NCBI GenBank assembly: GCA_964610875.1
Contig: CAZSWP010000016.1
Span: forward strand, 37,730 to 69,729
Source of the DNA: an uncultured archaeon
Lineage (GTDB): Archaea; Asgardarchaeota; Thorarchaeia; Thorarchaeales; Thorarchaeaceae
Direction of reading: 5' to 3'
Length of the DNA: 32,000 nucleotides
Below the pieces are notes generated by a model. The model was given only the letters and a program-made list of their open reading frames with translations, made no database searches and was not told where the DNA came from. Numbering within the stretch: the stretch's first letter is position 1; each line of letters starts with the position of its first letter. The position numbers and the translations under genes are program-made. Shown piece after piece: positions 16,272-24,878 of this stretch.

Positions 16272-18437
16272 ATGACAAACACTAAGACTCCCATTCTACT
16301 ATGCACCTGTGGAAAACAACTTGGCCTAGACTATGATTTCCTTTCTTCCGAACTCAAGAAACTACCCGATGCAGGGTCCATAACAATATGTGATACTCTA
16401 TGTCAAGAAGATGGTCTTGCTGAGATTGTATCTAAACTTGATGAGAGTGAAGGCAGACTTGTAATAGCCGCCTGTACCAGTCAGAAGATACAACCTCGTA
16501 TTGACAACTTTGTGTCCGATAAAGGTAAAGACCCATCATCAGTGCGTTATGTAAATATCAGAGAGCACTCTGCTTGGGTACATCCTGACCCTAAATCGGC
16601 GAGCAAGAAATCACTTGATATGATTCGTGGTGTTCTTGCATCCATGTCTACAGTCGAACCTCTAACAATTGATGAGAAAGATATTGCAAATCATGTGACA
16701 GTCATTGGTGGCGGGATTGCAGGAATTGAAGCGGCACTCGGTCTTGCTTCACTTGGCTATGATATAGCCCTGATTGAGAAGGATGAACATCTCGGTGGAC
16801 ATGTTATTCAGCTACCTGTGGTTGCTCCTACTGAAAAATCCGGGAAAGAGATTATGAGCGGTCGCCTTAAAGATATAGAAGCAAGTGATAAGATCAAAGT
16901 AATTACAGACGCCCATGTAAAGTACGCTGAGGGTGAGATGGGCGATTTCAAGATACATTACATTTCAAAAGATAAAGAAGAGAATGTCTTGAACACATCT
17001 GCAATTGTCATGGCAACTGGCTTCAAAGAGTTCAAACCTACAATGATGGATGAGTATCGGTACGGCAAGAATCCTGATGTGATAACCCAATATGAACTCT
17101 CAAAGAAACTGGCCGAAGATGACCTCACAAGAGTATCAGATGGTGGACCAGTCAAAGATGTCGTTATGATACAATGTGTGGGCAGTCGTTCAGAAGAGTA
17201 CAAGCGAGACTGTAGTAAGCTCTGTTGCACGTTTGCCATTGATAATGCACTTGAAATCAAAGAACGAGTCCCAGATGCACAAGTACGGATTGTGTACATG
17301 GACATACGAGTACCCTTTGAGAATGAAATGATATACAAAAAATCACGCGAGATTGGTGTTGACTACATTCGTGGGCGAATTAGCAAGATCTGGGAGAATG
17401 ACAATGAAACACATGTTCAGTTCTACGATTCCCTCATGAATAAGTACTTTGAAGTCAGTCCTGACCTTGTTGTACTCTCTTCTGCTATTCTACCTCCTGA
17501 TGGAATCGAAATCCTATCTGAAACAATGGGTTATATTTTGGAAGATGATGGTCATATCAAAGAGCTCTACGGGAAGCTACGACGAAATGAAACTCGTCGT
17601 CGTGGTGTACTTGCTGTGGGAGCAGTTACAAGACCACAATTTGTATTCGAAGCGGTAACAGACGCCCAAGCCGGCGCACTTGTGATACACAATGAACTAC
17701 AGAGTGGCAAAATCAAGAAACTCGCCCGAGGTGCTGTATTAGATATTGACGAATGTGTTGGTTGTAGTCTGTGCGAACAACAGTGTCCCCGTGGAGTTCC
17801 TCTTATGATAGAACAGACAGAAGCTGAGGCAGAAGATGAAGATCAGAAATTACTTTTCAAAGCCGCTATTGACACATTGAACTGTCATGCATGTGGAGTC
17901 TGCCAGAGTCTCTGCCCCTCTGGAGCAACACAATTGAATTTCTTGACAAATGAACAGCTCTGGTCTCAAATAGAGAGCACCCTCAATAATGCTACTGCTG
18001 AAGATGCAATTACTCTCTGTTTTTATTGTGAAGAATGTGCTGTGTCAACTATTGACATTGTAGGCACACGAAAAACGGAATACGCTGCAAACACACGCCT
18101 GATACCCGTACCCTGTGCTGGTCGAGTCAGTATCATTGATATTTTGAAGGGTTTCGAGAACGGTGCAAGCACAGTCATGATTGCTGCATGTGAAACCGAT
18201 CGTTGTCATGTGGGTGGCACCGGTAATGAGATTGCACAGGTTCAAGTTGATGTTGCCCGTGAGATCTTGGAGGCGATTGGTTGGAATGGAGAAAGGGTAG
18301 AGATGTTTAGAATGTTCAGTGCAGAACCTGACCGTTTCACCAACGCTATCAATGAAATGACAAGACGCGCCCATGAGCTAGGGGCTTCCCCTCTGCACAA
18401 AGGCACCGCTGGAAAATGGAAGGAGGTTGAAAAATGA
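16272..18437 (+). CDS. hdrA: HdrA-like flavoprotein fused to a 2x[4Fe-4S] ferredoxin and an MvhD-like domain
   Basis: ATG at 16272 (MTNTKTPILLCTCG). N-terminal Cys domain, VIGGGIAGIEAA and QCVGSRS...DCSKLCC. Ferredoxin motifs CVGCSLCEQQCP and CHACGVCQSLCP. The C-terminus CFYCEECA...IPVPCAGRVSIIDILKGFENGASTVMIAACETDRCHVGGTGNEIA matches the MvhD/FlpD fold. Confidence 0.85.
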   Translation: MTNTKTPILLCTCGKQLGLDYDFLSSELKKLPDAGSITICDTLCQEDGLAEIVSKLDESEGRLVIAACTSQKIQPRIDNFVSDKGKDPSSVRYVNIREHSAWVHPDPKSASKKSLDMIRGVLASMSTVEPLTIDEKDIANHVTVIGGGIAGIEAALGLASLGYDIALIEKDEHLGGHVIQLPVVAPTEKSGKEIMSGRLKDIEASDKIKVITDAHVKYAEGEMGDFKIHYISKDKEENVLNTSAIVMATGFKEFKPTMMDEYRYGKNPDVITQYELSKKLAEDDLTRVSDGGPVKDVVMIQCVGSRSEEYKRDCSKLCCTFAIDNALEIKERVPDAQVRIVYMDIRVPFENEMIYKKSREIGVDYIRGRISKIWENDNETHVQFYDSLMNKYFEVSPDLVVLSSAILPPDGIEILSETMGYILEDDGHIKELYGKLRRNETRRRGVLAVGAVTRPQFVFEAVTDAQAGALVIHNELQSGKIKKLARGAVLDIDECVGCSLCEQQCPRGVPLMIEQTEAEAEDEDQKLLFKAAIDTLNCHACGVCQSLCPSGATQLNFLTNEQLWSQIESTLNNATAEDAITLCFYCEECAVSTIDIVGTRKTEYAANTRLIPVPCAGRVSIIDILKGFENGASTVMIAACETDRCHVGGTGNEIAQVQVDVAREILEAIGWNGERVEMFRMFSAEPDRFTNAINEMTRRAHELGASPLHKGTAGKWKEVEK

Positions 18438-21352
18438 AGAAGTCCTCTACGCCTCCTGCTGTTCCTCCAAAAAGACAACGAATGTTAGAAATGATTCTGG
18501 CATTAGGAGGTCTTAAGGAAGAAAAAGCTATTCCACTAGGTAAAGTGAATGAAGCAATTGAGGATCTGAAAGATGAACTCAGTCCGTTACTTGAATCTAT
18601 ATTTGCATTTCCAGAAACCTATTTTACCGACTTTCAGAAAGCTATTGAACAAGTAGATCTCTCCTCAGAGATCAATGACCCAGGGGTTCTCCAATCAACA
18701 ATTGAGCCTCTTAAAGAGGCAGTCACTATCTCTGACACAGCTTCTTTGAAAGAGATCCTTAGTATGTTTGAAGAATCTCTCAAAGCTTCTGAATCTGTTG
18801 GAGAAGAGGAATCCGCGTTCCAGAAAAATATAGGGGCAATAAAAGCCGCACTCAAGACTGACCCTGAAACTGCTCTACTCTTACTTCAGGAATATTTGGG
18901 CATCACTTCTCGCTATGGTCAACCACCTTGTCATGACGCCTGCCCTGCTGGTGTACATACACAGAGGTTTGTCAACCTCATGCGCGATAAGCAGTTTGAT
19001 GAGGCTTTAGCGCTCATGCGAAGTACTTACCCATTCCCTGGCACATTAGGTCGTGTATGTAATGCACCCTGTGAGGAAGGCTGTCAAAGGGGTCAGATTG
19101 ACCAATCAGTAAGTATTAGAAACCTTCACAGATTCCTAGCTGATAATGAACGAGCAAGTGGAAAGATTCATGAACCAACTCCTGCTATTGACAAAGAACA
19201 AAGAGTTGCAGTAGTCGGAGCAGGTCCTGCTGGAATTGGCTGTGCCTATGATTTAGCACGAATGGGTTATCCTGTTACTATATTTGAAACAAAACCTGAG
19301 AATGGTGGCCTTCTACGATATGGAATCCCCTCATATCGTCTTCCAAGAGATGTTCTTGATGAAGAGATCACCTATGTCAAGAAGCATGGTGTAGATATTA
19401 TCAACGGTGAACAAATCAAGAAACCAAGTGAACTTCTTGCAAAAGGTTTCAGTGCAGTGTTTATTGGAACTGGGGCATCTTCTAGTCGTAAGTTGCGTAT
19501 CGAAGGAGAAGATGCAACTGGTGTATATCACGCACTGGAATTCTTAGATGAATTCAATCTTGGTAAGAAATTCAAACTGGGTAACCGAGTAGCAGTCATT
19601 GGTGGCGGAAATGCAGCTATAGACTCAGCACGTGTCGCTCTTAGGTTGGGTGCTAAGGAAGTTGTCATTGTTTATAGACGATCCAAAGAAGAAATGCCTG
19701 CAATCGCCTCCGAGATTGAAGATGCTGAACACGAAGGTATAGACATCAAAATACTATCTTCCCCAGTCAAAATTATTGAAGAAAATGGAAAAGCCACAAC
19801 TTTACGTTGTATACAAATGAAATTGGGAGAACCTGATTCATCGGGTAGAAGAAGACCCGTTCCTATACCTGACTCAGAGTTCGACATAGATATTGACAGT
19901 GTGATTGTTGCTATTGGTCAGGGTATTGATGCTGAAGATTACTTCCCAGACCTCGAGTATTCAGAATGGGGCTTGATAGAAACAGACTCCAATACTTGTC
20001 AAACAAGTGTTGAAGGTATATTTGCTGGTGGCGATGCAGTAACGGGTCCAGCAACTGTGGTCAAAGCAGTTGGTGCTGGAAAGAAAGCTGCAAAGGTAAT
20101 AGACAGTTTTCTGCAAGGAGAAGAAATGGTTCAAGACATACCTGTCTATGATAAGATTATTGCCACTGTTGCTGCGGAAAAAGCCCAAGCAAAAGAGGGC
20201 AAACGGGCGGAAATGCCAGTATTGGAACCAGAGTCACGTGGTGAGAGCTTTGATGAAGTCGAACTTGGATTTGACCCTCCTATGGCTGTCACAGAGGCTG
20301 GCAGATGCATCAATTGCTCCCTTTCCAATATGGATGTTACCGTCTATGGTGATAGACTCGCCTCAGAAATCAGAAAGAAAATCATGAAGCAATTTGTCCA
20401 GGATGAAGCTGAAAGGGGTCTTATTCTCTCTATTGTCAGAGAATATGGAGCATTGACAGCAAAGGACTTGCATGAGAAGACAGACATCCCACAGAATCGT
20501 GTATTTGCACATCTCGTTCAAATGAAGAGGAATGAAGATTTGGTCTTGGCTGGAGAGGACCACGGCTATGTCCTATACGATGTTCATCGCACTGCAACCG
20601 AGATTGAAACCGCAATTCAAACAGTATCAAGTCTATCTCAACAGTTAGCAAAAGCAAGAAAGGAATTAGATGAAATCCTTGCTGATCTCAAAGCTACCGA
20701 TATTGGGAAACTGGCTGCTGCTCTTGAAACCTATTCAAAGGCACGTGACAAATTGACCAAGGTGACAGTCAGCGGATCTGTAATTGCAGAGGATGCTCTC
20801 TCTCAAGTAGAAGAGAAAATCCAGTCTGCAGTCTTGCTAGCATATAGGACTCGGGCAAAGCTTCCATCCACTCGACCAAAGGTTGCCTTAGAGAGCCTTA
20901 CAGATGTTGATGTACCATCAGTATTGGAAGAATACAAGAGTCAGATGGGTTATGCTCCACTTCTTGGATTTGGCACCATCGAATGGAATCACTCCAGATG
21001 CCTGGGTTGTAAGTCTTGCGAACTCGAATGTCCAGAAGATGCAATCAATCTCGCCCCTGTACTTCGTATACCAGAGGTCTTTGAATTTACAGAAGAATCC
21101 CTTGACAATCTCCCCGGCAATAGGAGTCTTTTCTATAGGACTGTCAAATCACTTGCGGTGAAAAAACCGGTGGATAATATCATTCTAGAAGAAGAATCTC
21201 CAGGTTTCGGGTCAGTGGAAATTGACCTTTGGCTCTGTGTTGCCTGCCGCACATGTGTTAGGCGTTGTCCTGGCCCAGAAGATGGTGCATTAGACCTTGA
21301 ACTCAAGTGGAGCCTTCCTGAGGTAGTGAAACAGATAACTTCTGGTGTATAA
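18434..21352 (+). CDS. 972-aa multidomain oxidoreductase: unknown N-terminal helical region, GltD/NfnB/SudA-like NAD(P)H flavoprotein, winged-helix-like segment, coiled coil, and C-terminal 2x[4Fe-4S] ferredoxin
   Basis: PPCHDACPAGVHTQRFVNLM...FPGTLGRVCNAPCEEGCQRG (GltD-type Fe-S region). VAVVGAGPAGIGCAYDLA (FAD) and VAVIGGGNAAIDSAR (NAD(P)H). LILSIVREYGALTAKDLHEKTDIPQNRVFAHLVQMKRNEDLV (wHTH-like). CLGCKSCELECP and CVACRTCVRRCP (ferredoxin). The ATGA start overlaps the upstream stop. Confidence 0.8.
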   Translation: MKKSSTPPAVPPKRQRMLEMILALGGLKEEKAIPLGKVNEAIEDLKDELSPLLESIFAFPETYFTDFQKAIEQVDLSSEINDPGVLQSTIEPLKEAVTISDTASLKEILSMFEESLKASESVGEEESAFQKNIGAIKAALKTDPETALLLLQEYLGITSRYGQPPCHDACPAGVHTQRFVNLMRDKQFDEALALMRSTYPFPGTLGRVCNAPCEEGCQRGQIDQSVSIRNLHRFLADNERASGKIHEPTPAIDKEQRVAVVGAGPAGIGCAYDLARMGYPVTIFETKPENGGLLRYGIPSYRLPRDVLDEEITYVKKHGVDIINGEQIKKPSELLAKGFSAVFIGTGASSSRKLRIEGEDATGVYHALEFLDEFNLGKKFKLGNRVAVIGGGNAAIDSARVALRLGAKEVVIVYRRSKEEMPAIASEIEDAEHEGIDIKILSSPVKIIEENGKATTLRCIQMKLGEPDSSGRRRPVPIPDSEFDIDIDSVIVAIGQGIDAEDYFPDLEYSEWGLIETDSNTCQTSVEGIFAGGDAVTGPATVVKAVGAGKKAAKVIDSFLQGEEMVQDIPVYDKIIATVAAEKAQAKEGKRAEMPVLEPESRGESFDEVELGFDPPMAVTEAGRCINCSLSNMDVTVYGDRLASEIRKKIMKQFVQDEAERGLILSIVREYGALTAKDLHEKTDIPQNRVFAHLVQMKRNEDLVLAGEDHGYVLYDVHRTATEIETAIQTVSSLSQQLAKARKELDEILADLKATDIGKLAAALETYSKARDKLTKVTVSGSVIAEDALSQVEEKIQSAVLLAYRTRAKLPSTRPKVALESLTDVDVPSVLEEYKSQMGYAPLLGFGTIEWNHSRCLGCKSCELECPEDAINLAPVLRIPEVFEFTEESLDNLPGNRSLFYRTVKSLAVKKPVDNIILEEESPGFGSVEIDLWLCVACRTCVRRCPGPEDGALDLELKWSLPEVVKQITSGV

Positions 21353-21444
21353 GGCCAAGTGAAATTTACTGCCATTGCAAAATCCACAAATATACTAGAA
21401 GTCAATCTTAGGCATTACTCTATTCACGAGGGGCTTGCCAAATA

Positions 21445-22647
21445 ATGATTGACTTTTCACTTACTACGGAACAACGGGAATTACAGAAAAAGGCACGTGA
21501 ATTTGCACAAGAATACATGTTGCCTTATGCCGCATATTATGATGAAACCGGAGAGTTCCCAATGCCCATCATCAAAAAGGCATGGGAACAGGGTCTTATG
21601 AACCTCGGAATACCTGAGGAGCTTGGTGGACCCGGTCTCGGCATTGTCGAAGCCTGCATCGTGGTTGAAGAAATGGCTGCTGGTTGTGCAGGCATGACCA
21701 CCAGCATCTATGCCAATTCACTTGGACCTGAACCCATACTGATTGCTGGAAGTGATGAACAGAAGGAGAAATATCTTCGCCCACTGATCGAAGAACCAAA
21801 ACTCGCATCCTTTGCGTGCTCTGAACCCGGAATGGGTAGTGATGTTGCAGGTATAAAGACCACTGCCACAAAAAATGGAGATGAATACATCCTCAATGGT
21901 TCTAAGTTCTGGATTACTAACGCACCATATGCCGATTATTTCACAGTCTTTGCCTCACTTGACCCCAGCAAACGACACAAGGCACTATGTGCGTTCATTG
22001 TGGATGCAGATACAGAGGGTGTCAAGACTGGACGTCCTATTGAGAAGATGGGACATAGGGCTTCAGCTACATCTAATATTGTTTTCAGAGATGCACCAAT
22101 CCCAGCTGAAAACCTTCTGGGCATGGAAGGCATGGGCTTCTTGATTGCCATGCAGACCTTTGCTATGACTCGTCCTGCAATAGCTGCATTTGCCACTGGT
22201 CTTGCTCGTGCAGCAATGGAATACGCTAGAGATTATGCCGACCGAAGAGAAGCATTCACCAAGAAACTCAAGGAATTCCAAGCAATTCAGTTCAAACTTG
22301 CAGAGATGTATATGAAAGTTGAAGCCTCTCGGATGCTCTATTTGAAAGCAGCTTGGGCTGCAGACACATCAGGTGACTCTACGGTACCTGCCTCGATAGC
22401 CAAAGCATATTCTACTGATGCTGCAATGTGGATTGCTAGTGAAGCTTTACAGATTCATGGGGGTTATGGCTACATCAAGCAATATCCTATTGAGAAACTC
22501 TTCAGAGATGCAAAACTCTACCAGATCTATGAAGGTACCAGTGAGATCCAACGCCTGATTCTTGGGCGTCATGTACTCGACGGATATGATCCAGCAATGG
22601 AAAAGATACCCAAATGGACGGGGCAGAAAGCACCAGACTGGGAGTAG
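21445..22647 (+). CDS. Acyl-CoA dehydrogenase (short/medium-chain, butyryl-CoA dehydrogenase-like)
   Basis: 400 aa. Motifs [23 protein letters not shown] and the C-terminal [17 protein letters not shown] are classic for this family. Confidence 0.9.
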   Translation: MIDFSLTTEQRELQKKAREFAQEYMLPYAAYYDETGEFPMPIIKKAWEQGLMNLGIPEELGGPGLGIVEACIVVEEMAAGCAGMTTSIYANSLGPEPILIAGSDEQKEKYLRPLIEEPKLASFACSEPGMGSDVAGIKTTATKNGDEYILNGSKFWITNAPYADYFTVFASLDPSKRHKALCAFIVDADTEGVKTGRPIEKMGHRASATSNIVFRDAPIPAENLLGMEGMGFLIAMQTFAMTRPAIAAFATGLARAAMEYARDYADRREAFTKKLKEFQAIQFKLAEMYMKVEASRMLYLKAAWAADTSGDSTVPASIAKAYSTDAAMWIASEALQIHGGYGYIKQYPIEKLFRDAKLYQIYEGTSEIQRLILGRHVLDGYDPAMEKIPKWTGQKAPDWE

Positions 22648-22682
22648 GGCATTTTTGGCCCCTCCCTCCTCATTTTCTTTCC
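22648..22682 (+). terminator. Putative terminator (short GGGC/GCCC hairpin with T5, then a pyrimidine-rich T tract)
   Basis: GGGCATTTTTGGCCCCTCCCTCCTCATTTTCTTTCC follows the acyl-CoA dehydrogenase stop directly. Archaeal termination commonly uses oligo-T tracts. Confidence 0.35.
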
Positions 22683-22739
22683 GTACAATTAGATAGTCTT
22701 ATATGAAGAACCTTCGAGCTCGAGTCTGAGGACATAGAA

Positions 22740-22901
22740 ATGCCCGGTTCACATGGATCACTAACAAAGGCTGGAAAGGTACGCGAGTCCACTCCTAAAG
22801 TTAAAGGGCGTGAACGTCATACTCCCATTCCTCGTGTTCGAAATAAGAGGAACTTTCAGAAGCGATTTGTACGCGGCAGAACTGTAGGACAACAAAAGTA
22901 A
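22740..22901 (+). CDS. rps30e: Ribosomal protein eS30 (S30e)
   Basis: 53-aa ORF, below the track's length cut-off. My translation is MPGSHGSLTKAGKVRESTPKVKGRERHTPIPRVRNKRNFQKRFVRGRTVGQQK. It contains the eS30 signature GSLxKAGKVRxxTPKV. A TATA-like CTTATATG lies at 22698-22705. Confidence 0.8.
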   Translation: MPGSHGSLTKAGKVRESTPKVKGRERHTPIPRVRNKRNFQKRFVRGRTVGQQK

Positions 22902-23168
22902 TCTCTGTAGTAGAATCTGCCAATTTTCCTAGTAGATTCTATATTCAGTATTTCATCCTAATTTTGTATTCCAACCATAAATGCAGACAGTTTCTTTTCT
23001 GATTTTAATAGAATAATTATTCATTAATTATTCCGATTGCTCTTTCCATCATCTTTTAGTGGTCACCTCTGCCATTATATAATGGGATCAAAATTAGTGA
23101 ATGATTTCTATCGTACTCACGGTGGGAGATGCAATCTCTGAATGTGATTTGATTATAGGGGTGAGTGA

Positions 23169-23741
23169 ATGAAAACGAGGTTCTGGTGTACAATACTCAT
23201 CTGTACTATGTTTAGCATACCACCAATATGCACAATATATACGGGACCAACATCTAGAAGCTGTTTTACTCCAAGTGATAGTTCTGGTCCTGAGTTTCTT
23301 GATGTTACCAGTCAGTTTTATGATTCTCATCAAGACATGGCACCAGTATCTGATCATCTCTTCCTACATGTCACTGTATACGATGAAGATGGTATTGACA
23401 CAGTGATTGGAAGCTATAGTGAGGTAGAATCCGACACCTGGAACAACATCACGATGCAGTTTGCACAGGGCCATGGTGACGGCCAACTAGAATACAATAC
23501 CACTGGTCCAAGTTATACTCTCGACCTATCTAACAGGACAAAACAGTATAATGTCCAGTATTATGCCAATGACACCCTTGGCAACTGGAATGCGTCGGAA
23601 ATCGTACTGTATTCCGACAACATTCTAGTTTATCCTAGTTCATCCTTCAGACAAATGGAGATATTGACCGTAATTTCTCTATCAGTAATTATACTAATGG
23701 TAATTAGGACCTACATTTACAGAAGAAAGAGGTCTACATGA
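23169..23741 (+). CDS. Hypothetical secreted, C-terminally anchored surface protein
   Basis: N-terminal hydrophobic signal-like segment. The central beta-rich region has five N-x-S/T sequons (NIT, NTT, NRT, NDT, NAS). C-terminal TM plus basic tail (ILTVISLSVIILMVIRTYIYRRKR). GGGGTGA lies upstream of the ATG. Confidence 0.55.
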   Translation: MKTRFWCTILICTMFSIPPICTIYTGPTSRSCFTPSDSSGPEFLDVTSQFYDSHQDMAPVSDHLFLHVTVYDEDGIDTVIGSYSEVESDTWNNITMQFAQGHGDGQLEYNTTGPSYTLDLSNRTKQYNVQYYANDTLGNWNASEIVLYSDNILVYPSSSFRQMEILTVISLSVIILMVIRTYIYRRKRST

Positions 23742-23796
23742 GATGATTTAGTCCTGAATTTTGATAGAAGATATATTTTCTATTTTGATAACTTGT

Positions 23797-23979
23797 CTAA
23801 TAATGATACCGCCTTCGGTGACGTTCAACATCATCTGTTGGCGTATTTCGCTCAATCTCATATTGTGCTTTATCCTGAGTTTTAACGAAACCACGTTCTC
23901 TCATACTGGGAGCAAACACAACTAACAGAATAACTACGACCAGAAGTAACAGGCCACCAACCAGATAGACATCCTGCAA
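23797..23979 (-). CDS. Hypothetical small membrane protein (weak call)
   Basis: 60 aa with a TTG start and one strongly hydrophobic helix (VGGLLLLVVVILLVVF). No other support. Confidence 0.25.
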   Translation of the reverse strand: MQDVYLVGGLLLLVVVILLVVFAPSMRERGFVKTQDKAQYEIERNTPTDDVERHRRRYHY

Positions 23980-24053
23980 ATGAAAACCACCACAAGAATT
24001 ACTTGATTTTAATCCAGATAAGGAATTTGTTTCTGCAAGTATCTATACAAACA

Positions 24054-24878
24054 TCAACAATCGTTCTTGATACCCATCCCATCTCTGTGATATCTGCCAA
24101 ATTCTTCTATTTTCTCAAGTCTAGTTTGGTCAAATACAGGACCGTCCATACAGACCAGTTCTCCTGTGGGATCCAGACTACAGGTCCCACAGATACCACA
24201 TCCACATTTCATGTATCTCTCCAGTGATGCTTCAATTGCAATACCCTGCTCTGTAGCAAGTTTGAAGGTTAAATGCATCATCAGTTCAGGTCCACAGGTG
24301 TAAATCCTATCAAAGTCATTGTTTCTCAACAGAGTCCTGAGTGCATCCGTAGCTAATCCCTTTTGTCCCATTGAACCATCATCAGTAGTAATCACGAGAT
24401 TGAAGACTCCACTGGAAATCTTCTCCAAGTCATAGAGAATGAGCTCATCCTTTGTCTTTGCTGCCCATATTGCAGTCACTTTGATATCCTGTTCTAACAA
24501 AACCTTACAGAGAAAATACAATGGTGCTACCCCAACTCCTCCGCCTACTAGAAGAGCATGTTCATAGTCAGAAATGGTAAATGAATTACCAAAAGGCCCT
24601 CTAATACCTATCCAGTCCCCAGTCGTAAGCTTACTCAGAGCTTCTGTAGCGGGTCCAATAATCTGTACGGTAATACCCGCTGTTGGCTTCTTCCAAGATG
24701 CAACACTCATAGGTATCTCATCCACATCAGGAATCCAGACCATTACAAATTGACCTGGGAGAAAGTCCCTATCAGGCATATCGAAATAGAGAGTGACTGC
24801 TCTAACAGACTCCTCTACGGCCTTTTTTATCTGCACAGATATTGGTGCTCCAGCTAGCTTATCCACATCCATGGTCAT
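24054..24878 (-). CDS. pyrK: Dihydroorotate dehydrogenase (class 1B) electron-transfer subunit PyrK
   Basis: Ferredoxin-reductase-like FAD/NAD fold with the C-terminal 2Fe-2S motif CGCGICGTC...C. It overlaps pyrD by 4 nt. Confidence 0.88.
   Translation of the reverse strand: MTMDVDKLAGAPISVQIKKAVEESVRAVTLYFDMPDRDFLPGQFVMVWIPDVDEIPMSVASWKKPTAGITVQIIGPATEALSKLTTGDWIGIRGPFGNSFTISDYEHALLVGGGVGVAPLYFLCKVLLEQDIKVTAIWAAKTKDELILYDLEKISSGVFNLVITTDDGSMGQKGLATDALRTLLRNNDFDRIYTCGPELMMHLTFKLATEQGIAIEASLERYMKCGCGICGTCSLDPTGELVCMDGPVFDQTRLEKIEEFGRYHRDGMGIKNDC

Noticed and set aside
22714-22723. 10-nt palindrome TCGAGCTCGA in the eS30 leader
   Set aside because: It is short and expected by chance, with no second copy or spacing pattern to suggest an operator.
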